A stretch of DNA of 64,000 nt, taken from contig CM120640.1 of assembly GCA_051362555.1 (NCBI GenBank), forward strand, positions 68,674,788 through 68,738,787, in the 5' to 3' direction. Under the pieces are notes generated by a model, which was not told where the DNA came from, made no database searches, and saw nothing but the letters and a program-made list of their open reading frames with translations. This DNA comes from Lingula anatina. Lineage: Eukaryota > Animalia > Brachiopoda. The position numbers and the translations under genes were made by a program. Shown here one piece after another: positions 14,501 to 28,900 of this stretch. Numbering within the stretch: position 1 is the stretch's first letter; every line of letters starts with the position of its first letter.

Positions 14501-17500
14501 TTGCATCTAAATCACTGATGCATACATCGATTTTTGCCGCGGTGTGTAGCATTTTCTGAAGTGATGATATCATTTGATAGGCCAATTATGGAGACCTGAA
14601 AATAAATGCAAATCATTGAACAGTCCCGTTCAGACAGGTAACAGTTCATCTTGGCTAAGGGGAATATCATCTTGGTAGTGAAGGAATCAATCGTTAATAT
14701 AAATGCGTAAAGTCCTTTCTTAGTGTAGGACATGTTGGACTGTGATCAGTCTCTTTGGTGAATTTTGTGCACATTAATTAGTAAGAAGCATGTCACACAC
14801 TTACTGGAGATAACAGAGGCAAATGCAACAAGGTGCCGCTAAATCACAATCATCTAGCCCACACAAAAAATGACTGTTAGCCAGAAGTTCCAGTACAGGT
14901 ATATTTACAATGACGGATTTAGGGAAGGTTGTCAGTGGGGTCCTGACCACCCCCCACCCACCTTCGATTTCTGAAAGCAATCCCACCGATGGTCCCCTCT
15001 TGAAATTGGAATTTTGACTAGCTGAATTAAAGTTCTAAACAAGATCAAATGGCACCGTTCGCCCTCTAAAATATCAAAATTTTTCGGGGCCTTCAGCGGG
15101 CCCCGAAACCCACGCCAAAGGGGGGGGGGGGGGTCGGCTGCGCATCCGCGGACCCCCCCCCCCCCCCCACTTCAAATAATTATGGATCTGCCCCTGTATG
15201 TACCCGATGTTTTCACTGCCTGCAGTATGATAAAATGTCCAAAAGGAAATGGCTTAAACTAAATTAGATAAGTCAAGGCAATTTCTGTGGTTATCGCTCG
15301 TCCTTAACCAAAATATTGAAAACCAGATATGTATCCTTCTCAGAGCGTCCTTCTAGTTTCAACTGAAAATGTATATTGTGAGCAGGTCATGTGGTGGGTG
15401 AACTCTCAAGAGCACGAAAGGTTCATCACTTAATGACCCCTTAGTAGATTCGTCTGTTCGTAATAAGATAAAACTTTTCAAACGCAAAAGCATGTATATA
15501 CTATTAACACAAACTTAGTGTATTGCATTTTGACAAGCATTGCGTACCGATGGAGCATTCTGCCAATTGTTTTTATAGATTTACCTATTCCAGATACAGG
15601 AAAACCACTACACATATCTTGGCAAATTTCATCATTTAGCAATGATATAATACGCCTAAATATAATTCATGTTCAATTGTTTTCGATGGTTTGATCAAGA
15701 GATTGATCAAATCGTTCAGACTACAACTATGTAATCAGTGTCCAGTTTCCAGATTTCCATAGGTGGTGACAGTGTGTGCGGCCTGAGTGACAGATTACAA
15801 TTGCAATTCACCGATCAAGTTCTATAAACATAACAATAATGAACACACAACATTAACATTGGCCGAAATCGGTCAGAATTGATTTGCTTTCCGTTTTCTT
15901 TATTGCTGTTATTGGTTAATTGACGTTTTATAACACAGGTGCTGGCCACAGCATAATCCCTTCTATTTGTTTATGCCACTGATCTCTCAGATTCGAGCTA
16001 GAAGAAATACACATACGCACGGAAAGAATAACCCAATGCTCACTGATAATGTTCTACTTTATTTTGTGTAGCATAACGAGATAATCTCTTCATTTAGATC
16101 TACCTGTTAATCTATAAGAAACTTTTAATAATAAACAAATAGTACACAGTCCTGGGGGACTATGAAGAATTCCTGATAGGAAATGGGACCCAGGCACTAT
16201 TTGCTTAATATGAATATATTGTTTTCTTCGATAAACTTACCATTTTACATTGACTTCAAAAACAAAATAAAAAAAAATCCATAGTGACACGAAATGTTTT
16301 TTTCTAGTAAATATTCACAATGTTATAAAGATTTCCCTGATGCATTTTTCACAATAGTGTGTGGTTAACATATAATCTTTAATAATATAGTGAATATAAG
16401 GTATTTTGTATGATATTGCCACTGTGAAATTGGTGTTCCTTGATCACAAATGAAACCCAAATACTCACCCTTGTAACATTAAATCATACAGGTCCCATAC
16501 ACTCTTTTGGCCATTGATGTTAATATATGACAAGCTTTGAATGATCTTTGTCACCATTTGATTATAATCCACAAGCATTCTTATTGTGTTTGGGGCATGT
16601 GCATTCCTCCATCTGATTCACTTAATAGTTATTTTTTGCACCATTTTTTAGCTACAGAGTGATGCGTAACTATGGTATCATTCACGGAACATATACGCTT
16701 AGAGAGCATTCACATCGAGAAGAACCGCGTAATCCTTTAATGGTCTCTCAATGAATGTCAGTGAATGTCATTGAGAGACCATTAAATGGTTTCCCCGGTC
16801 TTCCTTTCATGTAGGTCCGCCATATTTAGGTCTCTGCCTTGCTAGACCTCGGCTCTTCTCGATGTGAATGCTCTCTAACTTGTGATCCATGGTATATTGT
16901 AAAGAACAACATCAATATGTATATCACATTCTTCATAAAAAATCATGGTACGTTATTGAAAAAGATCAAATCTTCGATGTGAATGTCGTATATTAGACTG
17001 TATATTCATGTACTGAAACATATTAAAGTTTGGGTTACATGACTCATGATTTTGTGTGGTATTACTTTTCTTGCCAAGTACAAAATGTGATCAGTATAAT
17101 GGATGAGAAGGTGTAGGCAAACCCAAGGTAGAAGGTTCAGTGAGAGTTAGTGTACTGGAAACTGAAGATATAAATACACGGTCTGTCACCACTACCCATT
17201 AAACAAATGCCTGCCACGTGTAAGTAGTCGAGGCAGAAGTCTCATAGGACATCAATATCTACCGGGAAAGCCACGTTCTCTCCACTTCAATACCTTAAAC
17301 CAATTTATTGGACGCAGGCACATTTGCGAAATGTTTTTTCCATGGACAGACGCGCTAGTTGGCTTTTTTGCTGTATGTATCTGATGAGGCTGATAATAAA
17401 ATTAAAGAATTATCACAGGTTTGACCTTCCTGCAGTTGATGCAGATGCAAACGAAATGAATGAACGTCCTCCGAGAGTTGGTCTATTAGTAGAGTCAGGC

Positions 17501-19924
17501 AGCGAAATGTCTAATCTTTAACGTATCGCCTTTGGAGGAAATTTCCCACAATTTGTTACAGTACCCAAGTTATCCAACCTTGCTGGTTTTTTTTTTTTTT
17601 TTTTGTGCAAATCGAAAATAAAGAGAGAAGCCGGCATAAACTTATGTTCTCAGTCCATGTAGGTCTAGTTTCTTTTCACTATACAAATCATTTGATTTTC
17701 TGCTTGTCCGGATAATGTTCAATTTCTTATCGACGCACTGGTATGGGCACTTCAAAAGGTCAGGTACTACAGCATCTCTGTTTTTCTCGGTTGTGGTTCT
17801 TGGCAACTCTATGTACGTCACCCTTGTTGTACCCCGTCTCCTTGAGGGTTTGTCCTTCAGAGATACTATTTACTTAATTGGCATTCCCCACCTACGGCGA
17901 ATACAAACGTGTAAATGATCGTCCCACGGTTGCTAAATCTGGGCGAAAATTGGTCTCTGCGGATTTGCAAATCCAGCAAAGCGATCTAGATTTTCACGCG
18001 ACATTTTCATTACATAGTTGAAATGAAACGCAACTTGGGGGCAATTATGTGTATTATTGGAAAGTTGAGCTTATTCTTGTATGAAGTCTATCACATACTT
18101 TCTTTTTGTAAACAAGACATCGTAACGCAGACTTCATGATTAGGTACAGCATTCAACATCAAGATTTTTACATTTCGTGGTTTCTCATATTTATATTTTT
18201 GGCATGGCGGAAACATGCTCTGTGAACGTCTAGATAGACCTCTCGTTAATGAACTGAAACACAACCTGTGGCTTTTATGACAATAACTGACCTGTTATGA
18301 ATGTATATGATAAAGGTGAAAAAATACGGAATAAAGGCGTACTAGGAACTGGTACCTAGATTTCAGTAAAGACATACAGGTGCCTCTGATGTGATTTCTG
18401 GTCAAAAGCAATCTTAATTGATGCTGATCGTGTTCTTCATTATATTTCCAGAAAGACTGCCCTGAAGGATCCTTGACCAGAAGTAAATTCCTCGACCTTT
18501 ATTCAGAATTCTTCCCCGACAGCAAAGCCAAGTCATTTTACGAACACGTTTTCCGGACATTCGACGAAGACAACAGTGGTGCCATCGATTTCAAGGAATT
18601 CTTAGTAGTGAGTATACGGCATTCTTTAATTATTGTCTCCGGCGTAACTACAGACGCTTGGGTATAGATTTTGAAAATGCTTTTTGCCTAATTGCTTAGA
18701 AATTGGAAGTATCAAAATACAAACAATTTGAGTCCATTTAGCGCAATTTATAAATGAGGTTGAGCACGGGTGCCAGTAGGATTATATTTAAGATATTTTC
18801 TTTATGTTTATTTATATCTGTAGCACCCCTAATCCAACAATTTCATTTCATTTGAGCCGGGCGTTAGTACGAGGTAATAGTAATTGGGGACTATCACTGT
18901 AGTATGCAGGTCCCAGGGTGTGTTAGGTAGCACATTTTTACAGTCAATAGTTTTAAATTATTAGATCAAGACTGGAGAGTTAAGAGATTACTGTCACTTC
19001 TCTGATCAATACTTTGAGATCTGGAACGCGGTTTTTTCTGACACCGATGTCCCTTGTAACCAGTGTAAATTGAGGATTTACTAGTGTCAAATTATATTGC
19101 ATGGATATGAAAGCTTTACATAAAAAACCAGCTCCTCTATAACACGAATATATTACTTAAAATAGGCTCTTCTATTATTGTAGAAAAGTAATATATTGCC
19201 ATGACACATTTTAAAAAATACACAGTTCAAATTGGTGACAGTCTTTATTATCTGCTAATATCATTTGCATTAAAATTTCAGGCAATTAGTATAACCAAAT
19301 CAGGAGAACCAGAGGAGAAGCTGGCCCTGGCATTTCGGCTGTATGACATAGACAGGAATGGTACCATTGAGGAGCATGAGATGACGGAGATACTTAAAGT
19401 GAATATCTGTGACTGGACTTTGTCGACTGAATGATGTCAAAATAAGAATGAGTAGAAATACAGATAAGATATACATTGTATATACCCACTATCAGGGCCA
19501 CAGGGATATTTTTCTTTGACAAATTATAGATATTTTCTGGCTAATTCTGTCTACAAAACTGTTCAGCAAAATATTGAAAGCTGGTTTCTGGTGTGGAATA
19601 TTCGGTACTATATTTTTAAGCTCCACGGATTTTAAAAGTCAGTAATCTATGACCTCAGTGCACATGAGTACCTCCCAGCGTTTCGCTTATCTATGTCATC
19701 TATTTCAGGCGATCTACAGCTTAGTTGGTAGGGAACCTCAGTTAGAGAGCAGCCCAAAGGAGAGAGCAAGATCCATTTTCAAAAAGATGGACACTAATTG
19801 TGACGGCGTTCTCACCAAAGACGAATTCGTGCAAGGTTGCTTAAAGGACGAGACGCTGTTTAATATGCTTACTACTAACAATTGTGGGATCAGTACAAAT
19901 GGCAAAGACTCGCTATCTGAGTAA
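11575..19924 (+). CDS. Neuronal calcium sensor family EF-hand protein (neurocalcin/hippocalcin/NCS-like), 204 aa
   Basis: Exons 11575-11700, 18452-18607, 19282-19398, 19709-19924; all GT-AG and phase 0. N-myristoylation motif MGNAKS. Family signature [20 protein letters not shown] (EF1 disabled by CP). Canonical loops [42 protein letters not shown] at 20517. Confidence 0.93.
14908..15196. mobile_element. hAT-like non-autonomous element in NCS intron 1
   Basis: Ends caatgacggatttagg ... tggatctgcccctg resemble the common CAGGGGCGGATCC...GGATCCGCCCCTG MITE type. Long G and C runs inside. Confidence 0.5.
16699..16878. mobile_element. Tourist/Harbinger-like MITE with internal hairpin
   Basis: Perfect 25-bp inverted repeat ttagagagcattcacatcgagaaga / tcttctcgatgtgaatgctctctaa including TTA/TAA flanks. 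Inner 19-bp hairpin stem tttaatggtctctcaatga / tcattgagagaccattaaa (~16736-16787). Confidence 0.75.
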
Positions 19925-20634
19925 CAAGAGGAGCAGCATAAAGACAGAAACATGAGATTGCAAAGAAGCAAGCACGAACTTTACTGCATATTCTCCTTTT
20001 AACGATCACTGAGAATATCCCAATTGTACTGACTTTACCAGGAAGACACACACAGAGGGTATTTTATGTCAGAGATGAAATTCACTTCCAATTCTGTCGA
20101 TAACTGGAATAATAGTTTCCAGCAATAACCAACCCAGTGTTGGATAATCACTTTTTGCAAAATGTAGAAAAGATTATAAGTATCCTGGGCGTTCCACGTC
20201 ACCATGCCTTTTATAACCCTGACGCTGTTTCATTATGTGTTGTCATTTTGCATTGATTTTGAATGTCGATACGGTCACAATCATCAATTTAAATTATATT
20301 AATTTTATTTTCTATAATCGTGATGGTTGTAATGTGCTTATCAGTCTTCTCTTTACGTGGTGGAAAGTTCCAGAGATACCGACGTACCACTTGCTCTTTC
20401 ATTTAGCCACGAAAGCCTGGAATATAATCATGTCAAAATAATCTTACAAGGCAACGTAAGGGCTCACTTCCAGGCAATTTTATTTCAATATGTTTCTCTG
20501 CGATTTCTACAGTCACAATAAATATCAATTATTTCACTATGTCCGTTGTTCTAAGTACTTTGTGTACACAAAAGACATTTGTCGGACGGTGATAATGACA
20601 TATAAGGTGAGCATATTTCATTATTACAAAGGTA

Positions 20635-20960
20635 TTACATAGAAAACGTCTGGGCATCGGTCCAATCACGACCTTCATTTTCCTCGTCTCGTGTTCTTTC
20701 TTCCCCAATAAGCATCGGATCGATACGTCTGTAATTTCGAAGAAGAGCATAGTATTTATACATCATAAAACACATTATTGTCCCAAACACGAAGGCAAGA
20801 ATTGCAAATGTGATGGCAACTGCTCGCATGCCATAACAAACGACGTCAATTTTACAACTATCTGGCATCGTCCCTCCTACGGCTTTCATTAACGTTTTTC
20901 TGAAGTTACGATTCGCCTCACTATCTTTCTGTATTTTCTCAATATGTAGCCCGCCGGCAT
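20635..20960 (-). CDS. Terminal exon of a small single-pass membrane protein, unidentified
   Basis: The ORF has a Cys pair (C-KIDVV-C), a clear ~23-aa TM helix (AVAITFAILAFVFGTIMCFMMY), basic juxtamembrane residues and an acidic tail. The frame stays open upstream to a tgatag acceptor near 20961. Minus-strand AATAAA at 20479-20484. Upstream exons uncertain (candidate ~21357-21432). Confidence 0.5.
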
Positions 20961-21065
20961 CTATCAGTCACGGATTTGAAATCATTGTACAGCACTGAAA
21001 TCAAATGTACGGCATATTAATATGATTTCGAGCAGGAAGAAATGCAAAAAGTATGACGACGCACA

Positions 21066-21078
21066 TGTGTGTGTGTGT

Positions 21079-21125
<47 letters not shown>

Positions 21126-21237
21126 ACAGGTGTGTGTGAGAGAGCGTGTGTGTGTGTGTGTGTGTGTGTGTGAGTGTGTGAGAGAGAGAGAGAGAGAAAG
21201 AGAGCAAGGGAGCGTATGTGTGTGTATGTGTGTGTGC

Positions 21238-21269
<32 letters not shown>

Positions 21270-21274
21270 CAGGT

Positions 21275-21316
<42 letters not shown>

Positions 21317-21330
21317 AAGAGAAAGAGAGG
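21066..21330. repeat. Compound microsatellite (TG)n/(TC)n/(AG)n
   Basis: Directly visible. Generates the HT/SL/RE-rich spurious ORFs 20982-21409. Confidence 0.97.
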
Positions 21331-23139
21331 AAGAGCATGGCAGAGAGGGACTTATTAGGGGCCTACTTATTTTCCCGATGCAAACGGTTTCCACACTTCT
21401 CTCGTTCACCTTATAGAGATAGCTCTTCGAGATAGCCTTATCCTGTGCGGGATAAAATCATCTGAAATAAAGTTAATAAGACCAATGTTTTGAGCTTGTA
21501 CACAGTTGTACATTGCATTAAAACCATCTAAATCATCTTATACCCATGCGTCTACTCTCACTATACAGCTCTGAGAAAATATAACGCAAACTTTACATTT
21601 AGTCTAGTTATATTTAAGAACTTGTTCTTAAGTAAAGTGAATATTTTAAAACAAGCAAGAGAGGACTCATTCAAACCAGGTCACTTCCCACTCACGTCCT
21701 GAAATCTGCCAAATGAATCTCAGCAGTAAAACTACCAAGCAGGCCCATAAGTTACATGGAATGATTTATTTTTCCGGGATACTTTAAACAATAGGAATCC
21801 CGGGAAGAAGTCGCTTGTAATGATGTACTGTCTTTAAAAGAGATAGCCAACTAGATAGTACTTTTTGTACAATGTCTCATTCATCGTCATGATTTTCTAT
21901 CTCCTCCATCATTCATATTAACACAATATATTTAAGTTATAATACAAGATTAAGGAAAAAGAAAAGTCTACCTGCCTTTCGTTGAACCTGGCGTTGTATC
22001 TAAAACATTATACTGAACATAACATGTCTAAAAAGCCGAAGGAGTGTAAAAGACCAGGCTTTCTGTTCCCCCTTTTCCTACTTGTAAAGTATTATGTGAC
22101 CTACTTCGGCGTATCAGATGTGTCAGATTCGTAACTGTTACCAGTATACATCATGCATTCCACTGTTCAAAGTGCAAGTCCTTCAAATCCACTATTCGAC
22201 TAGATCTACACATAAGTCCGCCTTCATATTACTCTTAATAAAAACGATTGTAAAAACCGCAGCGATACGGAGCTAGCAGGCAACGTTCGACACCTGTTTC
22301 ATTGTTGTCATTGTAAATATGGCTTTTTCTACTTCTTTTTGAATTTTAATGTCCAATAGCTTTATGTCTGATATACAGCTGATTTATTACATCCTCAAAA
22401 TCACCCCCCCCCCCTTCTTCAAATTGATTCGGCTGGTGTGAAAACAAGTTTGCAAAAGTTTCGATTCAAACGCATTTTCATTCCGATTTTTACAGTCTTA
22501 CTTTCCCCTTACGTTAGTGGCGTTTTCGCCTTTTTTATTCAGACAGAACAGTCGCGTTTTTCAGATATCGCCTCCTTTTTTCGTTCTCCAGTGAAACAAA
22601 CGAAATCCTCCTGCCACTATGACCCTCTAAGTATGATCTTAAATTTACCATTTTTTTTCGAATAACTTACAAAATGTATATATTATATGCATATATGAAT
22701 AACTCACAGCCAATCCCAAAATTCGTTATAGGCCTTATCGACTGAACAAAAATAGCAATACTAGAAAATGCCCCCTCCACAAAGGCGCAACCGGTTCAAC
22801 ATTCAGAACCCTATTTATCTCGATTGCAACTTGTAAGTGTATAGGCTTATAGGATATTGTGTTTGCTGAGCAAAATTACCAGCGATTACCTAGCTAAGTC
22901 TCTAACTAGTATTAGTTAGAAATTGCTATTTTTGTCTTCATGTTGTATTTTCTAAATGTTTAGGCCTATTAGGCCTATAGTTTATGAATTTTTTTCTAAA
23001 AATTTATTACAGCTTATTGCATCTTCTAAACGTTTATTACAGTTTGTTACAGTTGTGTGTACCATTGTGATCTTTGCAGCATCCATATACTGGACATTTT
23101 TCTTTGTGCTCTCTTCGCATATCTAGGGTTATAAAATTG

Positions 23140-23708
23140 GGTACTTTTGTAGTATACCCCCCCACCCTGTAACTTTCTGTAACTTTCACTTTTCAAACAG
23201 TTTTTTACATTTTCTTGTTCATGTATGTCAAAGCTGTTGAAATAAAATGCTTTTGTAATTACCTGTGGACTTTTTATTTGTTTTAATCACGTTTAATCCA
23301 GCCCATTGAAATACAAAGTTAGAATCTTCAATTTACACCCGCAGTCAATAACTTGCCGCGTTTTCGTTGGCTAACTCAAAGGTAATTTTATGTGAACAAG
23401 TAGCTCATAATAATTTCACAGAGAAAGTCCAAGTATACAATGTATCAATCCTATGTTCACATAAAATAAGGTAGAGTTAGCCAACGAAAACGCGGCAAGT
23501 TATTGACTGCGGGTACATTGTAAATTTTCACATTGTATTTCAATGGGGTGGATTAAACGTGATTAAAACTAATAAAAAGACCACAGGTAATTACAAAAAC
23601 ATTTTATTTCAACAGTTTTGACATAGGTGAAAAAGACAATGTAAAAAAATGTTTGAAAAATGAAAGTTTCAGGAAGTTACAGGGTGGGGGGTATACTACA
23701 AAAGTACC
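23140..23708. mobile_element. Foldback/palindromic MITE, ~570 bp
   Basis: Arm 23140-23377 (ggtacttttgtagtatacccccc...ttggctaactc) is the imperfect reverse complement of 23474-23708 (gagttagccaacg...gggtatactacaaaagtacc). 96-bp spacer. TA on the right flank, TG on the left. Confidence 0.85.
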
Positions 23709-24000
23709 TAGTAGAACTTCTACTAGGCCTACTAGCTACCTACTACCAGACCCAATCAGGCAGTCGATCCAGCCTTAGGCCTACTGCATAGTTGAGTTCT
23801 CTATCCATAATTCAGTTCCAAACACAAAAATATCCCGTAAATGACTTCAAGATCGGCAAATGTCCAAATAATAACGCCTAGGTACGTTTTACTTTTTCGC
23901 TACGTCAGCAGAGAAAGTAAGCCTAACTGCTTAAACACCATGTCTTGCGTTTATCCACTGTCATTGAAACAAAAAGCGTGGACCTCGTTTTGAAAATCCA

Positions 24001-24160
24001 ACGTGACGTCATGTAAAGAAAGCAATGGCGGATGTTTATAAAGTTTTTGATGTATATTGAGCGTCGCTCTATATCTTAATCGCTGTTCTATTAGTGTAAA
24101 CCAACTCCAGGGGAAATTTCATACGTTAAGGACTCCTCCTCAACTGAAGTATTGGTGAGT
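24001..24160 (+). promoter_or_regulatory. Putative TRPC promoter and non-coding first exon
   Basis: Full palindromic CRE TGACGTCA at 24004-24011, CpG-containing context and an ATGGCG (YY1-like) motif. A GTGAGT donor at ~24155 lies upstream of the coding exon at 24391. Confidence 0.5.
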
Positions 24161-24390
24161 ATTTTGTGCAACCCTTTACTGGTTTAACATAACCAACCCA
24201 CGACCCTCTATTTTGAGGGGGAAGACTTGGAAGTTAGTTACCATAATTTAGGTATAAGAGGAGGGGGGGGGGTCATTATTATTTATCAGTAGGCCAGTCT
24301 AGTACATGTAAACGTGGTTCTAGTATAACAATTTCCATTTAAGTTTAACTGTAACAGCCACTCTGATACGCCTGTATGTGAAGAGTAGTA

Positions 24391-25947
24391 ATGGCTTCTT
24401 TCAGCGGGCACATACTGCAAATGACAAAAACGAATTACAGACGCTTCCATTCCCAGCAACAACGCCCAAGGGAAATAACAAGCCTTCAGACCCTTGGGTA
24501 TAATAGTAGGTCAGTGGTACTTGAACCAGCGACATTCAAACCAAGTATACTGCTACCTAATCTAGAAAAGACAGAAAAGGTTTTCTTCGAGATCATTCAA
24601 AAGAAAAGTGTTGAAGAACTTGAGGAATTTTTGAAGGTGAGAAGGTTGAAGTTATGAAGCACAAAGCATTAAAGAATATGGCTTGACATTTCAGAATGGG
24701 GGATTAAGTATTCAGCTACTTAAGCATGGGAAATTTTTATTGATAATATTAGAGTAAATTAAGATAATTTTAGGACTTAAGTTTAACATTATGAGGTCAT
24801 AATTTGCAGAAAAGAAAAGAAAAAATAAGCAAAGAAAAATAATTAAATGAAATAAGTAAATGAAATAAGAATAAATAAGTAACATGGTCTTATGAAGCAG
24901 AACAACATTACACTTCCAGAAAAACAAGAACTTCAATGTGAACTGTCAAAACTATCAGGGTAGGACTGGACTGCAGCTTGCTGTCAAACTTGGTCTGTAC
25001 AAGATGGTACAGTGCCTGGTACAATATGATGTCATTGTTGGAGACTGTGTGTTGCATGCTATACAGAGTGGCCATGCAGGCATTTTAACATTACTTCTTG
25101 ATAAACAGAGGTAAATAAAATTATTATTTTAGTTATGGGGCATTCTTTGGTCTGCGTTTTGGAATTTTGACACCTTAAAATTGTTTTTTTTTTTAAATTT
25201 TGCAGGAATATTGATAATGGCAATCCTAAAACTTTTGACTTTTGAATTTTTTTTAAAAAGTGAATAATTTTTTGAGAAAAACTGATAATTGATAATAATT
25301 TCACTTGAAAATAATGTAATAGTTTATAAATTATATATCCAATCTGCTCTGATATGAATACTACTACTGTTACTACCTAAGGCCTGGAGCAGTATACTGC
25401 AATGATACAATCTGTACCAGTGCATTTTGAGAGATTGACATATTTTAGCCAGCTGTTATGTAAGAGAGTCAACTAAATGGAGTCTCCTGGCTGGACTCAA
25501 TGTGAACTTGGGGAGAACTATTGCTGCTTCATTATTCATTAGGACCTCTTAAAGTGTATGAATGCGGGATATCACTACAGAATGCAGCTTGATGTGTAAA
25601 GGGCCTGCCTAAGTTCTGAATATTTTGTTGCAGCCAAAGCTTTGAATCGGAGAAAAGAAATGTTGCCTTGCACAGTCCTGATTTTCCACCTGATATTACA
25701 CCACTGATGCTTGCTGCACACTTGGGCAACTATGAGCTGATCCAGCTGTTACTGGAGAGAGGGTACACTCTGCCTCCACCACACCAGCCCAGCTGTGAGT
25801 TCATGTACTTGATATTGTGACAGATACAATTTGAGTTCTATGAAATTCACACTCTTTTATGTATCTTTTTTTTCACATTTCTTGCTCACTGAGACTTGTT
25901 ACTATGGTCTTTTGACTAAAGTATTTGTATGTATGCATGTGTGGGAG

Positions 25948-25996
<49 letters not shown>

Positions 25997-28900
25997 CTGC
26001 ATATATATCAATGCATTTCTTGCATCTGCGCATTTATTCTTCACACTTTTCAATTTCTCTCCTTTGCTTTTGTCACATCTCTTTAATAGGCCCATGCAAA
26101 GAATGTAAAAGACAAACAAAATGGGAATATGTGAATTCAACTCGTGTTCGGTACAATATCTACAAAGCACTTGCTAGTCCTAATTATATCTGCCAGTCAT
26201 CTGCAGACCCTGTCCTAACTGCATTCAGTCTAAGCTTTGATCTCTACCAATGTGCTAATAATGACAGGTCATTTAAGGTGAGGAATGTCACTAAAAAGTG
26301 ATCCTAATGAAAAGCTTACCGAGGAACCAAAAAGATTTTTATTTGTTGGTAAAGTAAAGCAGTATGTATACGTATATATGAAAGGTCTGAACCCACATTT
26401 TTCTGATGAATGATTTCGGTAAGCATTGGTAAACATTAAAAATATTCAGATGTTGTTTTCATTTCAGTTCCAGGTATATAACTATCTTTAAAAAGGTATT
26501 TATTGTTTTCTTTTGAAAAAAAAATTGACATATGGGTCATATATGTCAAACTTGAAATTTCAGAAAGAGTACATTGCTTTAGCAGACCAAGTGGAAAAGT
26601 TTGCAGTAGACCTCCTAACACAGTGCAGGAGCAGTAAGGAAGTCCAGCTCCTGTTGGAGAGAAGAGAGGGATACTCCTCTCCAGGAGACAAACCACTGAA
26701 ATTCACACGCCTTCTCAAGGCTATAGACTGTGAGCAGAAAGAAGTGGGTTTTCAAGTTGATTTTAATGTTTAATTGGAAAAGATAATTGTAATAATACAC
26801 CATGTTTGATAAGTCAGATATTTGCTTGATGCATAATATGATGTATTTTACTTAGTTTAGTGTCAGTTATATTTTTCTCTGCCAGGAATGCCATTGGATA
26901 TCAAATATGCAATTTGCAATTTTTTTTTATTTATTTAAATTTGAGATCTTGTGCTTTCAATATGTAAAGGAATGCAACTGATTTTGCTATAGTGCATGTA
27001 GAATACCATGTATGATCGAGTTACCTTTTTTCACTCCTTTTAGTTTGTAGCTCACCACAGTTCCCAGCAAGTTCTGTACGCTGCCTGGATTGAGGGATGG
27101 GAGGATTGGAGAAGGATGGGTTCATTTTCCAAAGCTCTCATAATTTTCCTTCAAACCATCTTCCTGCCCTTAATCGCCCTTTTCTATTTGATGGCGCCAA
27201 ATTCAGGACTTAGCAAGAAACTGAAATCACCTTTGACCAAATTCATCAGCTGGACCATCTCATATGTGTTTTTCCTCTTGATTCTGTATATTCAAAATGA
27301 CATGGATACGATAAGTTACATCAGAGGACCCCCAGACACAGGTAGAGAGAAATGTCCCTTGACATCATTTAATAAACATATTTACTTTTATTTTAGATAC
27401 ATATTGTGTAAATTAAGTGATATAGTTATAATGCTATAATTTTAAGATTCGATTTTATTTGTAGTATAGGTTTTTCTCAAGTATATAAATGTTCTTTAAA
27501 AAGATTTGGTCAAATGCCAGAGCATATTTTAATATTAAAATCTTTGTAACTAATCCTGTTACAGGTCTTGAGTGGTGGATATTTGTGTATGTGTTAGGTT
27601 TGCTGTGGGTGGACTTAAACCAACTCTGGTTCCATGGATGCAAGCGTTATTTCAAGCAATGGTGGAACTGGTAATACTGAAATGATCATAGCCAGTCTCA
27701 CTGCACATGTAGTGTTTTATATTTGATATGAAGGACTGTGCACATGAAATGATTTTCAAGTTGTTTAGTGATTAAACTGAGTCTTTACTACTGAAGTGTT
27801 ACTATTAATTGTACCACCAGCATTAGCGCTGGCGGTACACATGGTTTTAGTCCCGACCGGATCGTTACGCCGGCTCCTGCGGCTCCGCCTACAAGTTACC
27901 GTTACCGCTTCTCCTCCTAGACGGTAAGGGCCCCCATACCCATCTCTTGGATTTAGGTCACCTATAATCTCAACTCGTTCCACGTAAAATTTGGGCTTTG
28001 TCCGTATTGGGGTCTAGGTGTGGCACTCATTGCAATGCACCCTTGTCCAAAAATGGCAAAATTAAATGCTAATTATCTACCCTACGGAAGGAATTATGGG
28101 AAAAATTTCTACAGACGGCTTTCCAAAAGTCATATGTGTAGATTTAAAATATGACCTTGGATTTGACCTTTGACCTTTATTTCAAGGTCAAACGGGCCAA
28201 AATTTTCAAAAAAATGATTTTTTTTACGAAAAAAAAATTATTTGCCCTGTTATTCAGACACCACACAGACTTAACCAATAATATTATTGGAAAGTGTTAC
28301 CCTTCAGGTCATCTTTCATCTCAGTGAATTTGGGGTCAATCGGTGCATTTTCACGGGAGTAGCGGCCATAAGATACCGAAAGTGAAAACTGTCTCTAATT
28401 CGGGAACCGTTAATGCTAGAGACCCATTCTTTTTTGCATTTTGTAGAGCATGTAAAGCCCAACACTGGGGGTGGTCTCGGTTTTTTTGTATTCCATACGG
28501 TTTTCGAGTTACGCTGTATCAAAAAGTACATATTGGTGGTGAAAGCAAAATGTGCAGTACGGTAATGTATAATAAATTTTGAACTCCAGAAAAATAAAAC
28601 ATAAGGCTTGGCAAAGCAGATAACTTGTGGTCAAAAATGACATTATTTCATCAAATTTGAACATCTGGAACTTCAGAGCACCTCCCATTTCAAGAATTTT
28701 GACCAAAATGACCTTTTCTTAATTTTAATTAATTTTTTCTGTAGGAAATTTATGGCACATTATGGTAACTCCAAAATTATAACATTTAGTCCCTTATATC
28801 TCCAAAACTGGCAGAGATAGGTCCATAGTTACTATTGAAGTTGAATATGAAGTCATATACTGGCAATCTTAATGTGACCTTAAAATTGACCTTTGACCTA

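Noticed and set aside
20982-21409. His/Thr- and Ser/Leu-rich ORFs
   Set aside because: Translations of dinucleotide microsatellites.
21890-21907. 17-nt inverted match to TRPC exon 12 (gaggagatagaaaatca)
   Set aside because: Short, purine-rich and not extendable; likely chance.
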